Part shown: positions 9,690 through 19,881 of the stretch, in pieces
Numbering within the stretch: position 1 is the first letter of the stretch
Layout of the letters: the number at the start of each line of letters is the position of its first letter
Source of the DNA: Oscillospiraceae bacterium
GTDB taxonomy: Bacteria; Bacillota; Clostridia; Oscillospirales; SIG627
Assembly: GCA_015065325.1 (NCBI GenBank)
Contig: SVQO01000007.1
Coordinates: forward strand, 7,504-71,503
Length of the DNA stretch: 64,000 nt
Direction: 5' to 3'
Made by a program: the position numbers and the translations under genes
The notes under the pieces: generated by a model
The model's database searches: none
The model's input: only the letters and a program-made list of their open reading frames with translations
What the model was told of the DNA's origin: nothing

Positions 9690-10697
9690 TTAAAAGGGTT
9701 CCTTTTCTTCTTTCGTGAGATTCTGTGCGATCAGGTGAAAACCTGAAAGCGCAGAAAAAACGTTCACGTTTTGCTCCGCAGAGCGTAATAAATTATCACA
9801 CGTGTTGAAAAGCTTGATAGCTTCCGGAACAGATAAAATACTGGACAAGTCCCTGAGGAACTTCAGATCTGTGAAGAAATTAGGGGAGGTACTGCCTTCT
9901 GTTCGATAACAAATCAAGTCGCGTAATGCGGATTTCATCAGAGGAAGTATCAAGGCAAGATCTTTTCTTGTTGTTGTGGCAGGGGGGATGACCAGACTGA
10001 GCTTCGTAAAGCCGCCTCCGTTCATAATAACCAGAAAATAATCAAGAACGACCTTTCGGAACCCGAGTATAAGCTCGTCGGCCATCAATTCCCTTGCTTT
10101 TCCAAGAGAGCCGTTGGCAAGGAGAATAATTTCATTCAGGCGCTCGGGACCAACCTTTTCCTGCTCAAGAGCAAGCCGCATTTCGGTATCTGACAGGGGA
10201 GTTGTCCGCAAAGAAACAGCACGACTTCTGACGGTTGGAAGGAGCTTTGTCTTATCATTGGTCAAGAGAAAGAACACGGTTTTATTTCCCGGTTCTTCGA
10301 TGCTTTTTAAAAGCGCGTTTTGCGACTCCTTCTTCATATTCTGACTTTCGTCGATGATGAAGATGCGCCATTCTCCTTCCGTAGAAGTAATATGGGTGAA
10401 TCGCAGCATTTCGCGAATTTGCTCAACGCTGATTCGCTTGCCTTCCTCCTCGGGACGAACTTCCGTTACGTCGATATGGTTGCCTGTTAAAATGCTTATG
10501 CAACTGTGGCAGGAAAGGCAGGGAGAGGCGTCGTCACCGGGCGCGGTACAGCATAGAGCCGCGGCGGCCAGCCGCGCGACGGTTAACTTTCCCGTTCCGT
10601 CGGCGCCCTCAATAAGATAGCATCCTGCAACACGTTTTTCACGAATTGCGGAAAGCAAGGTGTTCCAAATAGGACGGTTTCCGATAAGCAGATCCAT
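9690..10697 (-). CDS. holB: DNA polymerase III delta' subunit
   Basis: GxxGTGK, Cys zinc motif CLSCHSC, QNALLKSIEEP, LLPTVRSR. Confidence 0.92.
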   Translation of the reverse strand: MDLLIGNRPIWNTLLSAIREKRVAGCYLIEGADGTGKLTVARLAAAALCCTAPGDDASPCLSCHSCISILTGNHIDVTEVRPEEEGKRISVEQIREMLRFTHITSTEGEWRIFIIDESQNMKKESQNALLKSIEEPGNKTVFFLLTNDKTKLLPTVRSRAVSLRTTPLSDTEMRLALEQEKVGPERLNEIILLANGSLGKARELMADELILGFRKVVLDYFLVIMNGGGFTKLSLVIPPATTTRKDLALILPLMKSALRDLICYRTEGSTSPNFFTDLKFLRDLSSILSVPEAIKLFNTCDNLLRSAEQNVNVFSALSGFHLIAQNLTKEEKEPF

Positions 10698-10705
10698 TAA
10701 TTGGT

Positions 10706-11029
10706 TCAGGCTTTTTCGAAGCGCTCCACATCCATCACGAAGATGGTTGCACCGCCAACGGTTACTTCAATGGGATAGGGGGCGAGACCGGGATTGTACT
10801 GAGCGTAATCCACGGGCATGATCTGAGTTCTTCTTCTGGAATGTTCCTTGATAATCTCAATGGTCTTTTCTACCATATCGTCATCAACGCCGGAAATAAA
10901 GGTGGTATTTCCCTTCAAAAGAAAGCCGCCGGTGGAAGCAAGCTTGGTAACGGAAATGTGCTCTTTGTTCAAAGCTTTCATTACTTCGTTGGAATCATCG
11001 TTATTGACGATAGCAAAAATCATTTTCAT
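10706..11029 (-). CDS. darA: PII-like cyclic-di-AMP receptor DarA/PstA (YaaQ)
   Basis: TKLASTGGFL, GNTT, VGGATIFV; start moved to MKMIF with a GGAGG RBS. Confidence 0.93.
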   Translation of the reverse strand: MKMIFAIVNNDDSNEVMKALNKEHISVTKLASTGGFLLKGNTTFISGVDDDMVEKTIEIIKEHSRRRTQIMPVDYAQYNPGLAPYPIEVTVGGATIFVMDVERFEKA

Positions 11030-11142
11030 AGTGGAACCCTCCATTCAATTTTTATTGAGTATTAGATAAAATACTTTTGTCTATTATATCATATTATCTA
11101 TTGCTTGTCAAAATAAATATGAAAGAATTATATTTTTTTTAT

Positions 11143-11174
11143 AAAAAAACCTCTGCGGTGAGCAGAGGTTTTTT
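11143..11174 (-). terminator. Intrinsic terminator
   Basis: AAAAAACCTCTGC/GCAGAGGTTTTTT. Confidence 0.85.
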
Positions 11175-11179
11175 GGCTG

Positions 11180-14100
11180 TTATTCACTTCTCAAAGCTTC
11201 AACGGGATCCTTTTTTGCGGCGAAACGCGCGGGGAACAGTCCTGCAATGAAGGATAGTGCTACGCTGATAAGGATAAGCAGATATCCGGCAGGGGGCAAA
11301 ACGGAATTGAGCTCGTTGATATCCGTTAAATAGTGAATGATAATATTGATCGGAATGTTGAGCAAAAGCGTTATGCCGATACCGATGATTCCTGCGGCAA
11401 AGCCTTCGATAACGCTTTCTGCGTTAAACACTCGGGAAATATCTTTCTTTGAGGCACCGATGGCTCTCAGGATGCCGATCTCCTTCGTTCTTTCCAGAAC
11501 GGAAATATAGGTGATAATACCGATCATAATGGAAGAAACGACAAGAGAAATGGATACGAATGCGATCAAAACGTAGGAAATTGCATTGATAATGGTGGCA
11601 ATTCCTGACATCATCATAGCGACAATATCGGTGTATTTGATTTGATCTTCTTCTTTTTTGCCTTGGTTATAGTTGCTGATGATCTCAGCGATCTTATCCT
11701 TGTTTTCGAAGGTATCCGCATAAATGTTGATTGCTGTGGGGCTTTTTTCTTCCACGAAGCCAAGAAGCTTCAAATTCTGTTCTCTGGTGCTTTCGGAATG
11801 GGTGTCGGGAACGAACAGATCGTGAAATTCAACCAACTGCTGAGGAGAGAAGGTCCCGTCGGAGATTTCCGTCAGCAAACGCGACTGCAGATCCTCTTTG
11901 GTAAGCGAAGCCAGACCCATCATAATTTTTTCCTGATGCTTCTGCATTTCCATACCGGTCAAGCCGGGTTTTACGATTGCATCCAGATCGTCTTCGCTCA
12001 TTTTTTTTGTATATTCGAGAACGAAAGTGTAATCCGTCTTTTCGGAGGTATCAGCATTCTGGCTTTGTGCTTGTGTCAAAATCTGCGATGCAAATTCTTC
12101 TCGCTGCTGGCGGCTCATAAGGGCGTGAGCGGAGTTTGCTTTGTTTTCGATATCCGCCATTTCCAGCGCAGAGGGGATGACGGCAATTTTCGTGTAAAGC
12201 TCGGCTGCTCCGTCGGTGCCGAGAGCCATTGCGTACTTGGTAAAGTTCTCGATCTTCTTCGCAACGTCGGGTTCAACGTAGTCAGCGGGAAGAAAGGGAA
12301 GATTGCGGATTACGTCAAAGTCGGCTTTTTCCTTTTGCAGGCGAACCAACTCGTTGCTTTCAAGCTTCTTCAGAAGGTGATTCGTCAGATCAACGGAATA
12401 TCCCACTGCACCGTTGATCAGAGGCGTGCTGACGTCTTCCTTGGGGCGAATGATACCGCTGATCTTCACCGTAACGCCGAGATTGCTGTTATAGATCAAA
12501 TCTTTGCCGTTATCAAGATCGGACAGCAGAATGTAGTTTCCGGAAGGTTGCTTCTGGTAAAGCTCGGAGGGGAGGTAAATCTTGAACTCTTTGTTGCAAA
12601 GCTCTTCGTAGCTCCAGGAACGGTTGGTAACGTCGAGAATTTCACCGCGCTGGGAAGCCTTCATTTCCTCTGCAATTTCTTCGGTGGTTTTGAGACCGAG
12701 GGCACAGATCACTACGTCACTGAGCTCGTTGTATTTATCTACAACCAGAACCACTTCATTGTAATTTTTCGGCCACGCACCGTGAATTACGTCGTATTGC
12801 TCCGTCACCGCCGAGGAGATCCCTTTTCCGCCTTCGCCGGCAAGCATTTCCTGCCAAAGCTCGATGGATCCGAAACCAAAGCTTTCCGCCATAGCCGAAG
12901 AGGAAGCAAAACCGGAAGCGGATCCGCCGGAAAGCCCCATTCCTTCAAAGACGGCGCCCATCATTTCTTCTACGTCGCTCTTGACGATCTTACCATTTTC
13001 ATCCTTGGTGTAGATCTGGAGATTCATATCGTAGGAGTATTGGATGTTTGAAATGTATTTTTTGATTTCCTGATCTTTTTCAAGAAATGCCTTGAATTTA
13101 GTAAGATTGTTCGTTTGAACCTGCGCAGAGTTCAGCGTGTTCACCATTTCGTGCATAACACTGGAGGAATATACTGCGTCGCGGTCGTGCTTGTTGGCGG
13201 AGTTCTCCTGGTTGATTCCCATCAGATTCACCATCAGAGCTGACATATCAACGCTCTCCGCTTGAATGGTGATCGGGTAGTTGGATAGGGTTTCCTCCTG
13301 GACGGAGTTGATCCAGGCGGTAATGCCGTTGGAAAGAGAAAGGATCAGCGCGATTCCGATGATGCCGATCGAACCTGCAAATGCGGTAAGGAGGGTTCTG
13401 CCTTTTTTTGTCATCAGGTTGTTCATGGAAAGAGAGAGGGCGGTGAACAAAGACATAGAAGGCTTTTTCTCTTTTTTGGCAGATGCTTTCGGCACGACCT
13501 CTTCGCCTTCATAAGGATTGGAATCGTCCGTGACCTCGCCGTCAAGGAGTTTGATGATACGGGTAGAGTATTCCTCGGCGAGCTCCGGATTGTGCGTAAC
13601 CATAATGACCAGTCTGTCGCCGGATATCTCTTTGAGCAGGTCCATGATCTGTACGCTGGTCGTAGTATCCAAGGCGCCCGTGGGTTCGTCGGCGAGCAGG
13701 ATCTCCGGGTCGTTGACCAAGGCTCTGGCGATGGCAACGCGCTGCATCTGACCGCCGGAAAGCTGGTTCGGTCTTTTCTTCAGCTGATCTGCGAGCCCGA
13801 CCTTCTTCAAAGCGTTTTCCGCGCGCTTTCTGCGTTCGGCTTTGGATACACCGGAAAGGGTCAGAGCAAGCTCTACGTTTGCCAAAACGCTTTGGTGGGG
13901 AATCAGGTTATAGCTTTGAAAAACAAAACCGATGGAGTGATTGCGATACGTGTCCCAATCCGAATCTTTAAAATCCTTTGTGCTTTTTCCTCGGATCAAA
14001 AGATCACCCGACGTATAATGGTCAAGACCGCCGATGATATTCAAAAGAGTCGTTTTGCCGCAACCGGAGGGACCGAGGATGGAAACGAATTCGTTTTTTC

Positions 14101-14185
14101 TGAAGGAAAGACTTACCCCTCGAAGTGCCTCAACCTTGTCGCTGGCGGATAGATATTCCTTTTTGATATCACATAATTTGAGCAT
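11180..14185 (-). CDS. MacB/FtsX-type fused ABC ATPase-permease with a large extracytoplasmic loop
   Basis: GPSGCGKTT, LSGGQMQR, ADEPTG, ERTKEIGILRAIGA; start MLKL at 14185 with RBS. Confidence 0.92.
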   Translation of the reverse strand: MLKLCDIKKEYLSASDKVEALRGVSLSFRKNEFVSILGPSGCGKTTLLNIIGGLDHYTSGDLLIRGKSTKDFKDSDWDTYRNHSIGFVFQSYNLIPHQSVLANVELALTLSGVSKAERRKRAENALKKVGLADQLKKRPNQLSGGQMQRVAIARALVNDPEILLADEPTGALDTTTSVQIMDLLKEISGDRLVIMVTHNPELAEEYSTRIIKLLDGEVTDDSNPYEGEEVVPKASAKKEKKPSMSLFTALSLSMNNLMTKKGRTLLTAFAGSIGIIGIALILSLSNGITAWINSVQEETLSNYPITIQAESVDMSALMVNLMGINQENSANKHDRDAVYSSSVMHEMVNTLNSAQVQTNNLTKFKAFLEKDQEIKKYISNIQYSYDMNLQIYTKDENGKIVKSDVEEMMGAVFEGMGLSGGSASGFASSSAMAESFGFGSIELWQEMLAGEGGKGISSAVTEQYDVIHGAWPKNYNEVVLVVDKYNELSDVVICALGLKTTEEIAEEMKASQRGEILDVTNRSWSYEELCNKEFKIYLPSELYQKQPSGNYILLSDLDNGKDLIYNSNLGVTVKISGIIRPKEDVSTPLINGAVGYSVDLTNHLLKKLESNELVRLQKEKADFDVIRNLPFLPADYVEPDVAKKIENFTKYAMALGTDGAAELYTKIAVIPSALEMADIENKANSAHALMSRQQREEFASQILTQAQSQNADTSEKTDYTFVLEYTKKMSEDDLDAIVKPGLTGMEMQKHQEKIMMGLASLTKEDLQSRLLTEISDGTFSPQQLVEFHDLFVPDTHSESTREQNLKLLGFVEEKSPTAINIYADTFENKDKIAEIISNYNQGKKEEDQIKYTDIVAMMMSGIATIINAISYVLIAFVSISLVVSSIMIGIITYISVLERTKEIGILRAIGASKKDISRVFNAESVIEGFAAGIIGIGITLLLNIPINIIIHYLTDINELNSVLPPAGYLLILISVALSFIAGLFPARFAAKKDPVEALRSE

Positions 14186-14273
14186 AAGGAGTTCCTTTCT
14201 TCTTTTTTTGAATGAGCTTCCGAATTGTACCAAAAATATAATAATACACTATGAATATTTTTTCGTTTTTTGT

Positions 14274-14918
14274 TTAATCTGTGACCTTTGCAACGCTTTC
14301 TTCCGTTCCCATAACCAAAATGTGTGAATTCTCGGAGAAAACGTGGTCGGGAGAATTGATGGGGGACACGATGTCGTTTTCTTTGACAGCAAGAACGTTT
14401 AAAGAATAGCGTTTTCTGAAATCCAGCTCGCGGAGGTTTTTTCCACTCCATTCAGGTCTGACTGCGATTTCAAAGACGAAGTAATCGTCGGAAAGCTCGA
14501 AGGAATCAAACAAGCCGTCCTTGCTGACGTTCAGAGCCATTCTTCTTGCGATATCTTTCTCGGGATAAATAATGTGGTCTGCTCCGTTCCTGGAGAGGAG
14601 TCTTGCTTGAATGTCGTGGTCAGCGCAACTGTAGATCAGCTTGGCGCCAAGATCCTTCAGCAGGCAGGTGATCTCAAGAGCGGCGACGAAGTCGGAATCG
14701 ACGCAAACGAAGCAGGCGTCAAAGCTTTCTACGTCAAAGCTTGCCAAAACGTCTGAATTGGTGCAATCTGCGATCTTTGCACTGGTGGCATAGGATAAAA
14801 TGCTTTCCAGTTTGGATTCGTCCTTGTCAACGACGAGGGTTTCACAATCCTGTTCCCATAAATACTTTACGAGGTGGTAGCCGAAGGAGCCGACTCCGAT
14901 GACCAAAAAATTTTTCAT
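14274..14918 (-). CDS. ktrA: Ktr/Trk K+ uptake regulatory subunit (RCK_N plus RCK_C)
   Basis: VIGVGSFG, GADHIIYPE. Confidence 0.9.
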   Translation of the reverse strand: MKNFLVIGVGSFGYHLVKYLWEQDCETLVVDKDESKLESILSYATSAKIADCTNSDVLASFDVESFDACFVCVDSDFVAALEITCLLKDLGAKLIYSCADHDIQARLLSRNGADHIIYPEKDIARRMALNVSKDGLFDSFELSDDYFVFEIAVRPEWSGKNLRELDFRKRYSLNVLAVKENDIVSPINSPDHVFSENSHILVMGTEESVAKVTD

Positions 14919-14934
14919 GTTCTATTCCTCCAAT

Positions 14935-16275
14935 TTAACCGATTGTTACAGATTCATAAGGGTTGGTAATGGGTGGCGGAGCTTTTTTCTCAACGAGAGC
15001 GGATCCAAAGGATATGCTTCCCACTCTGCCGCAAAACATAAGGAAAATTATAATTATTTTTGACAAATTTTCCAGATCTCGCGTAATACCGGTTGACATT
15101 CCAACCGTTCCCATTGCTGAAAAGCACTCAAAGCTCAGATCTCTGAAGGACAAATTCGGTTGTAAACAGCTGATGAGAAAAACTCCGAGAAGTGTCAGAG
15201 TCAAGTTTACAAAAAATACGCTGACTGCTTTTTTGATACACTCGTCGGGAAGTCTTCTCCCGAAAACGTTGGTGGAACGGTCTTTACGAATGATGCTCAG
15301 TGAAAAGAGAAGTAAAACAGCAACCGTGGTGGTTTTGATACCGCCTGCCGTGGATCCGGGTGAGCCGCCGATGAACATCAGAATTTCCGTCAAAAGGATC
15401 CCGCCGTTTGAAAGGGAAGCTGTATCGGTAATATTCATTCCCGCAGTTCTGGGAGAAACGGAATCAAAGAAGCTGCTTAAAACTTGATCTCCGAGGGAAA
15501 GACCCGCATGGCTTGCATTATGTTCAATCACGAAAAAGAGCAGTGCGGGGACGATGATCAAGACGGTGCTTACGGTGAGAACCAACTTGGAATGAAGGTT
15601 GTAACGGGAAAAGTGAAATTTCTTTTGACGAATCTCTGACCATACCAAAAAGCCAAGTCCTCCCCAAACGATGAGAACCATCAGTGTGATGCAAATGATC
15701 GGGTCGCCGGAAAAACCGCTGAAAGAGGAAAAGCTTCCGTTTATGTCAAAACCCGCGTTGCAAAAAGCAGAAACTGAATGAAAAACTCCGAACCAAACTG
15801 CTTTGCCAAGGGAATAGTTGTATGAAAAATACACGCGCAAAGCAAGGATCACGGCACCGATCGTCTCGGTAATAAGAGTCCCGAGGACGATGCTTTTTGC
15901 AAGCTTTCGTATTCCGCCGACGCCGGAGGCGTTAATACTTTCACTCATCACTTCTTTTTGGCGCAGACCCATCCTTTTTCTGAAGAGAATAAAAAACATG
16001 GTGGCGATGGTCATAAAGCCAAGTCCGCCGATCTGGAGCAAAAATAAAATAACGCCTTGACCGAAGCCTGACCAGACGGTTCCCGTATCCAGGGTCACAA
16101 GACCGGTCACACAGGAAGCGCTGGTAGATGTGAAAAGAGCATCAAGGACAGGGACGCTTTTTCCGCTGGCAGACGCTAGCGGTGTCGACAAAAGAAGTGT
16201 TCCCAGAGTAACAAGCAGCAAAAAGCCAAGGGCGATGATTTGTACGTGGGAAAGATTTCTCAGAATCTTTTTCAT
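14935..16275 (-). CDS. ktrB: Ktr/Trk K+ uptake membrane subunit
   Basis: SASCVTGL, SAFCNAGF, PRTAG, STAGGIK, GTVGMS. Confidence 0.93.
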   Translation of the reverse strand: MKKILRNLSHVQIIALGFLLLVTLGTLLLSTPLASASGKSVPVLDALFTSTSASCVTGLVTLDTGTVWSGFGQGVILFLLQIGGLGFMTIATMFFILFRKRMGLRQKEVMSESINASGVGGIRKLAKSIVLGTLITETIGAVILALRVYFSYNYSLGKAVWFGVFHSVSAFCNAGFDINGSFSSFSGFSGDPIICITLMVLIVWGGLGFLVWSEIRQKKFHFSRYNLHSKLVLTVSTVLIIVPALLFFVIEHNASHAGLSLGDQVLSSFFDSVSPRTAGMNITDTASLSNGGILLTEILMFIGGSPGSTAGGIKTTTVAVLLLFSLSIIRKDRSTNVFGRRLPDECIKKAVSVFFVNLTLTLLGVFLISCLQPNLSFRDLSFECFSAMGTVGMSTGITRDLENLSKIIIIFLMFCGRVGSISFGSALVEKKAPPPITNPYESVTIG

Positions 16276-16341
16276 AATTCAATCCTTTAAATTTGTTAAC
16301 CATAATTATACTACAGAGACATGAAAAAGTAAAGTACAACA

Positions 16342-16370
16342 TTGACAAAACCCGAGAAAACGATTAAAAT
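16342..16370 (+). promoter_or_regulatory. sigma-A-type promoter for the yhbY operon
   Basis: TTGACA, 17 nt, TAAAAT. Confidence 0.7.
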
Positions 16371-16420
16371 ATCTCATAGAAATTTATAAATTCACATACG
16401 CATAGAAAGATTGAGGAACA

Positions 16421-16720
16421 ATGATGTTAACAGGAAAACAAAGAGCGTATCTCAGATCTCTTGCAAACGCGCTTCCGGCCAAGTATCAGGTGGGAAAGGC
16501 GGGATTTGAGGACGATGCTTTTTTAACACAGATCCGTGAAGGATTGGAAAAGAATGAATTGATCAAGGTCTCTGTTTTGGAGAACTCCGATCTTTCTCCG
16601 AGAGAGGTGTCTGACGCTATTTGCGAGCTTTTGGGATGCGAGGGCGTTCAGGCGATCGGAAGTAAATTCGTTCTTTACAAAAAGAGTAAGAAGAATCCGA
16701 AAATCGTATTACCGAAATAA
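16421..16720 (+). CDS. yhbY: YhbY/CRM RNA-binding protein
   Basis: LTGKQRAYLRSLA, ELIKV, VQAIG. Confidence 0.92.
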   Translation: MMLTGKQRAYLRSLANALPAKYQVGKAGFEDDAFLTQIREGLEKNELIKVSVLENSDLSPREVSDAICELLGCEGVQAIGSKFVLYKKSKKNPKIVLPK

Positions 16721-16731
16721 GGAGGGATCGC

Positions 16732-17457
16732 ATGGAATTTTTGGACTTTTTTCAAGTGTTTGGCTATCTGTTTGTGATTTTGGCTTCCGTGTATGCTATG
16801 ATCGCATCTGCACAGGTCAATTCTACCTTTAAGAAATATTCTAACCAGATTTCCCGTCGCCGTTTGACCGGTGCCCAGGCAGCGGAACGGGTGCTTTTTG
16901 CAAACGGAGTTACAAACGTTCGCATTGCAAGAACGCAGGGACATCTTACGGATCATTTTAACCCGAAGGACAACACGATTTATCTGTCCGATTCGGTTTA
17001 CGATTCTCCTTCTACCGCCGCTATCGGTGTTGCAGCGCATGAAGCGGGACACGCCGTTCAGCACGCCGTAGGCTATGTTCCCATCAAGATCCGCTCTGCG
17101 ATCGTACCCGTCACGAATATCGGATCCAGGCTTTCCATGCCCTTGATCATGATCGGCTTGCTTCTTGAGATTTACGCTCAGAACTTTAAATACGGTTATG
17201 AGATCGCTTTGCTTGGCGTATTTTGCTATAGCCTTTGCGTTATATTTCAGCTTGTGACCCTGCCTACCGAATTCAACGCTTCACACCGTGCTGTTGAGGC
17301 GCTTGAGGACGGAATGATTTTGGATGACGACGAGCTCAAGGGTGCAAAAAAGACGCTGAGGGCAGCTGCTATGACCTACGTAGCGGCTCTTGCCGTTTCT
17401 TTGATGCAGTTTCTTCGCTTGCTGGCGATGGTTGCCGGAGGAAGAAGGAGAGAATGA
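16732..17457 (+). CDS. Membrane zinc metallopeptidase (YugP-like)
   Basis: LTDHFNP, AAHEAGHAVQH (HExxH), TLPTEFNAS, AAAMTYVA. Confidence 0.9.
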   Translation: MEFLDFFQVFGYLFVILASVYAMIASAQVNSTFKKYSNQISRRRLTGAQAAERVLFANGVTNVRIARTQGHLTDHFNPKDNTIYLSDSVYDSPSTAAIGVAAHEAGHAVQHAVGYVPIKIRSAIVPVTNIGSRLSMPLIMIGLLLEIYAQNFKYGYEIALLGVFCYSLCVIFQLVTLPTEFNASHRAVEALEDGMILDDDELKGAKKTLRAAAMTYVAALAVSLMQFLRLLAMVAGGRRRE

Positions 17458-17873
17458 GGTTTATCTATAAGGTTGGTATGGCAATTTCCCGCTTTATGCA
17501 GGGAAGATACGGCAACGACTCCTTGAATCAATTTTTGATCTGCGTTTGGTGTTTCGGCGCCATTCTGAATATTTTTCTTCAAAGCGTGTTCCTTTACTTG
17601 ATCGGGGCAGTTTTTTGCTTTGTGGTGTTTTATCGTATGCTTTCCAGAAATCTGATCAAACGTCAAAGAGAAAATGCTGCTTGGTATCGCTTTTCCACCA
17701 ACCAAAAAAAGATATTCAATCACTTTTTTGTTCGTATTCGTGATCGTAAGGTTGCCCGATTTTTTAAATGTCCTCGCTGTAAAGCGCCGATCCGTATGCC
17801 TCGAAAGGTCGGAAAGTTTAACGTTCGTTGTAACAAATGCGGACACGTTTTTCAAAAGGAATTCAAATCCTAA
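17454..17873 (+). CDS. Small membrane protein with a C-terminal zinc ribbon
   Basis: FMQGRYGND, two hydrophobic segments, CPRC...CNKC; ATGA overlap with the upstream gene. Confidence 0.8.
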   Translation: MRFIYKVGMAISRFMQGRYGNDSLNQFLICVWCFGAILNIFLQSVFLYLIGAVFCFVVFYRMLSRNLIKRQRENAAWYRFSTNQKKIFNHFFVRIRDRKVARFFKCPRCKAPIRMPRKVGKFNVRCNKCGHVFQKEFKS

Positions 17874-17875
17874 GC

Positions 17876-17908
17876 AAAAAACGGAACCGATTTTCGGTTC
17901 CGTTTTTT
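17876..17908. terminator. Bidirectional intrinsic terminator
   Basis: A6-CGGAACCGA/TCGGTTCCG-T6. Confidence 0.88.
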
Positions 17909-17910
17909 CG

Positions 17911-19185
17911 TTATCTGAGATGATTCAATGCATCGATGATCTGTCCGTACATATACAACGAGCCTACACAAAGAATAGCTTTACTCTCTTTCCTTGCTTT
18001 GTCGATTGCTATTTTCATTGCTTCAAGCGGGGATTCTGCTTCGGATGCGGGGGTGCCCAAGGATCGGAATTCGGCGGCATAGTCCGAACCCTTTAATGCT
18101 CTCGGATTTTCGGGAGTAATGCAAATTACCTCGCTCGCGATCTGACCGATGCATTTTGCCATATACAAATGATCCTTGTCCGCCATAACGCCTGTAACGA
18201 CCAAAATTTTTTCGTCTTTGAAGTAGAGCTTTGTACTGCTGACAGCGCTTTCAATTCCCTCGGGGTTGTGACCGCCGTCGCACAAGATCAAAGGTTCTTT
18301 TGAAACCACCTCGTAACGGGCGGGCCATTTTACTTTTTTCAAGCCGTTTTTGACGGCTTCTTCGGATAGATTGAAGCCTTCTTTTCTTAAAAGCTCGGTT
18401 GCAAACAGAACGTTTTGAGCATTTTCCGGCTGATAGGTTCCCAGCAGGGGAAGAAAGATATTCTCGTGACCGTTCCAAGAAAAAATGGTTCCGTCCAGGG
18501 TGGTATTGTGGATTTTCAAGCCTTCACGCGCGATTGTATAAAAAGGAGCAGATAGAGAAGCGGCCTTTTCTCGAATAACGTTTTCGGCTTTTTTGTCTTT
18601 TCCGCAGAAGATTACGGGGCGACCTTCTTTAATAATTCCTGCTTTTTCGCCGGCAATCTTCTCAACGGTGTCACCCAAAAAAGCGGTGTGATCCAGAGCA
18701 ATTCCGGTTATTACGGATAAAATAGGATTTTCAATAACGTTTGTTGAGTCCAGTCTTCCGCCCATTCCGCATTCCAAAACTACGACTTCACAATGCTCCT
18801 CTGCAAAGTATTCCATTGCAATGGCGGTGATCAGCTCAAATTCCGTAGGTTTTTCCTCCATAGAATCAGCGAGCGGACGGACTTTTTCGGTCAACCTTGC
18901 TAGCATCTCATCCGAAATGTCCTTGCCGTCAACCTTCATTCTTTCGTTAAATCTGAGAATATAAGGTGAGGTATAGGTTCCGACGCGATAGCCTGCTTCG
19001 ATCAAAACGGAAGAAAGCATAGAACAGAAGGAGCCCTTTCCGTTGGTTCCCGCAACGTGGATAAAACGAAGCTTTTTTTGTGGGTTTCCAAGCTTTTCCA
19101 AAAGGGTTAACGTGCGCTCCAAGCCGGGCTTGGAACCTTGCCAAAAGTTCGTGTGTATATAAGACAGTGCTTCCTCGTAAGTCAT
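17911..19185 (-). CDS. folC: Folylpolyglutamate/dihydrofolate synthase
   Basis: HVAGTNGKGS, GMGGRLDSTN, EKAGIIK, DGGHNP. Confidence 0.95.
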   Translation of the reverse strand: MTYEEALSYIHTNFWQGSKPGLERTLTLLEKLGNPQKKLRFIHVAGTNGKGSFCSMLSSVLIEAGYRVGTYTSPYILRFNERMKVDGKDISDEMLARLTEKVRPLADSMEEKPTEFELITAIAMEYFAEEHCEVVVLECGMGGRLDSTNVIENPILSVITGIALDHTAFLGDTVEKIAGEKAGIIKEGRPVIFCGKDKKAENVIREKAASLSAPFYTIAREGLKIHNTTLDGTIFSWNGHENIFLPLLGTYQPENAQNVLFATELLRKEGFNLSEEAVKNGLKKVKWPARYEVVSKEPLILCDGGHNPEGIESAVSSTKLYFKDEKILVVTGVMADKDHLYMAKCIGQIASEVICITPENPRALKGSDYAAEFRSLGTPASEAESPLEAMKIAIDKARKESKAILCVGSLYMYGQIIDALNHLR

Positions 19186-19186
19186 A

Positions 19187-19717
19187 TTAACCCTCCTTGA
19201 AACGGATTTTATTCATTTGCTTTACAAATCCTTTGTTTTTTGATAAAAGCAACAAAATGATAAATTCTATGGATCCGGTGCAGATGTAAATACCAAGCCG
19301 TTGTGCTGTGACCAAAAGTAAAGGGGACCCGTAATAAATGTATAATCCCATACTTTTGATCAGAACTGAGCCGATCAGATGGGAAAAAGCAGTGGCAACG
19401 GCTAAAGTGAAAATTTTTCTTTTGCCGCAAAACTTACCGGCAAGGCCGGAAATCAATCCAATGCACATCGCTCCGAACGTTATGATCGGATTGATGGAAA
19501 ATCCGACCAAAAGGCATCCCAGCAGATCTGCCACCGTCCCGACGATAGCGCCTGCGGCAGGACCGAGATAAAGACCTGCAAGAAGAATGGGAAGATTTTC
19601 AAGACTGAATCTGATGTTTGTACCCAAGTTTAAAGCAAGATACTTACCGAAAATAATGCTGAAAGCAGAAAGTATGGCACAAGTTGACAAAAAGATCGCG
19701 TGATTTCTCTTTTTCAT
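19187..19717 (-). CDS. folT: ECF transporter folate S component
   Basis: Hydrophobic ~176-aa S-component pattern; THF riboswitch upstream; adjacent to folC; true start MKKRNH with GGAGG. Confidence 0.88.
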   Translation of the reverse strand: MKKRNHAIFLSTCAILSAFSIIFGKYLALNLGTNIRFSLENLPILLAGLYLGPAAGAIVGTVADLLGCLLVGFSINPIITFGAMCIGLISGLAGKFCGKRKIFTLAVATAFSHLIGSVLIKSMGLYIYYGSPLLLVTAQRLGIYICTGSIEFIILLLLSKNKGFVKQMNKIRFKEG

Positions 19718-19782
19718 AAAAATACCTCCTTTTCCGCAAATTCCCTTAGGGAAATACCGGAAAAGGAGGCAAAGCCTTTTTC

Positions 19783-19881
19783 GGCAGCGGGATGCGGAAT
19801 CCAAACCGCAAGATGAATCTTTTCGTCCCATGAACAACTCCCCGTTTCAAGGGCACTTAACGCTTGGATTCCTACTCTGTT
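19783..19881 (-). ncRNA. THF riboswitch aptamer
   Basis: Minus strand reads CAGAGUAGG...GCGUUAAGUG...ACGGGGAGUUG...ACGAAAAG...CUUGCGG...CGCAUCCCGCUG. It is followed by a CCUCCUUUUCCG/CGGAAAAGGAGG hairpin over the folT SD. Confidence 0.92.

Noticed and set aside
11642-13051. Long antisense ORFs (also 3070-4047, 27450-28535, 46242-47588, 49428-50660)
   Set aside because: They are shadows of well-supported genes on the opposite strand, with no recognisable motifs.
16276-16420. Possible c-di-AMP (ydaO) riboswitch before ktrB
   Set aside because: Short AT-rich divergent promoter region with no riboswitch motifs.
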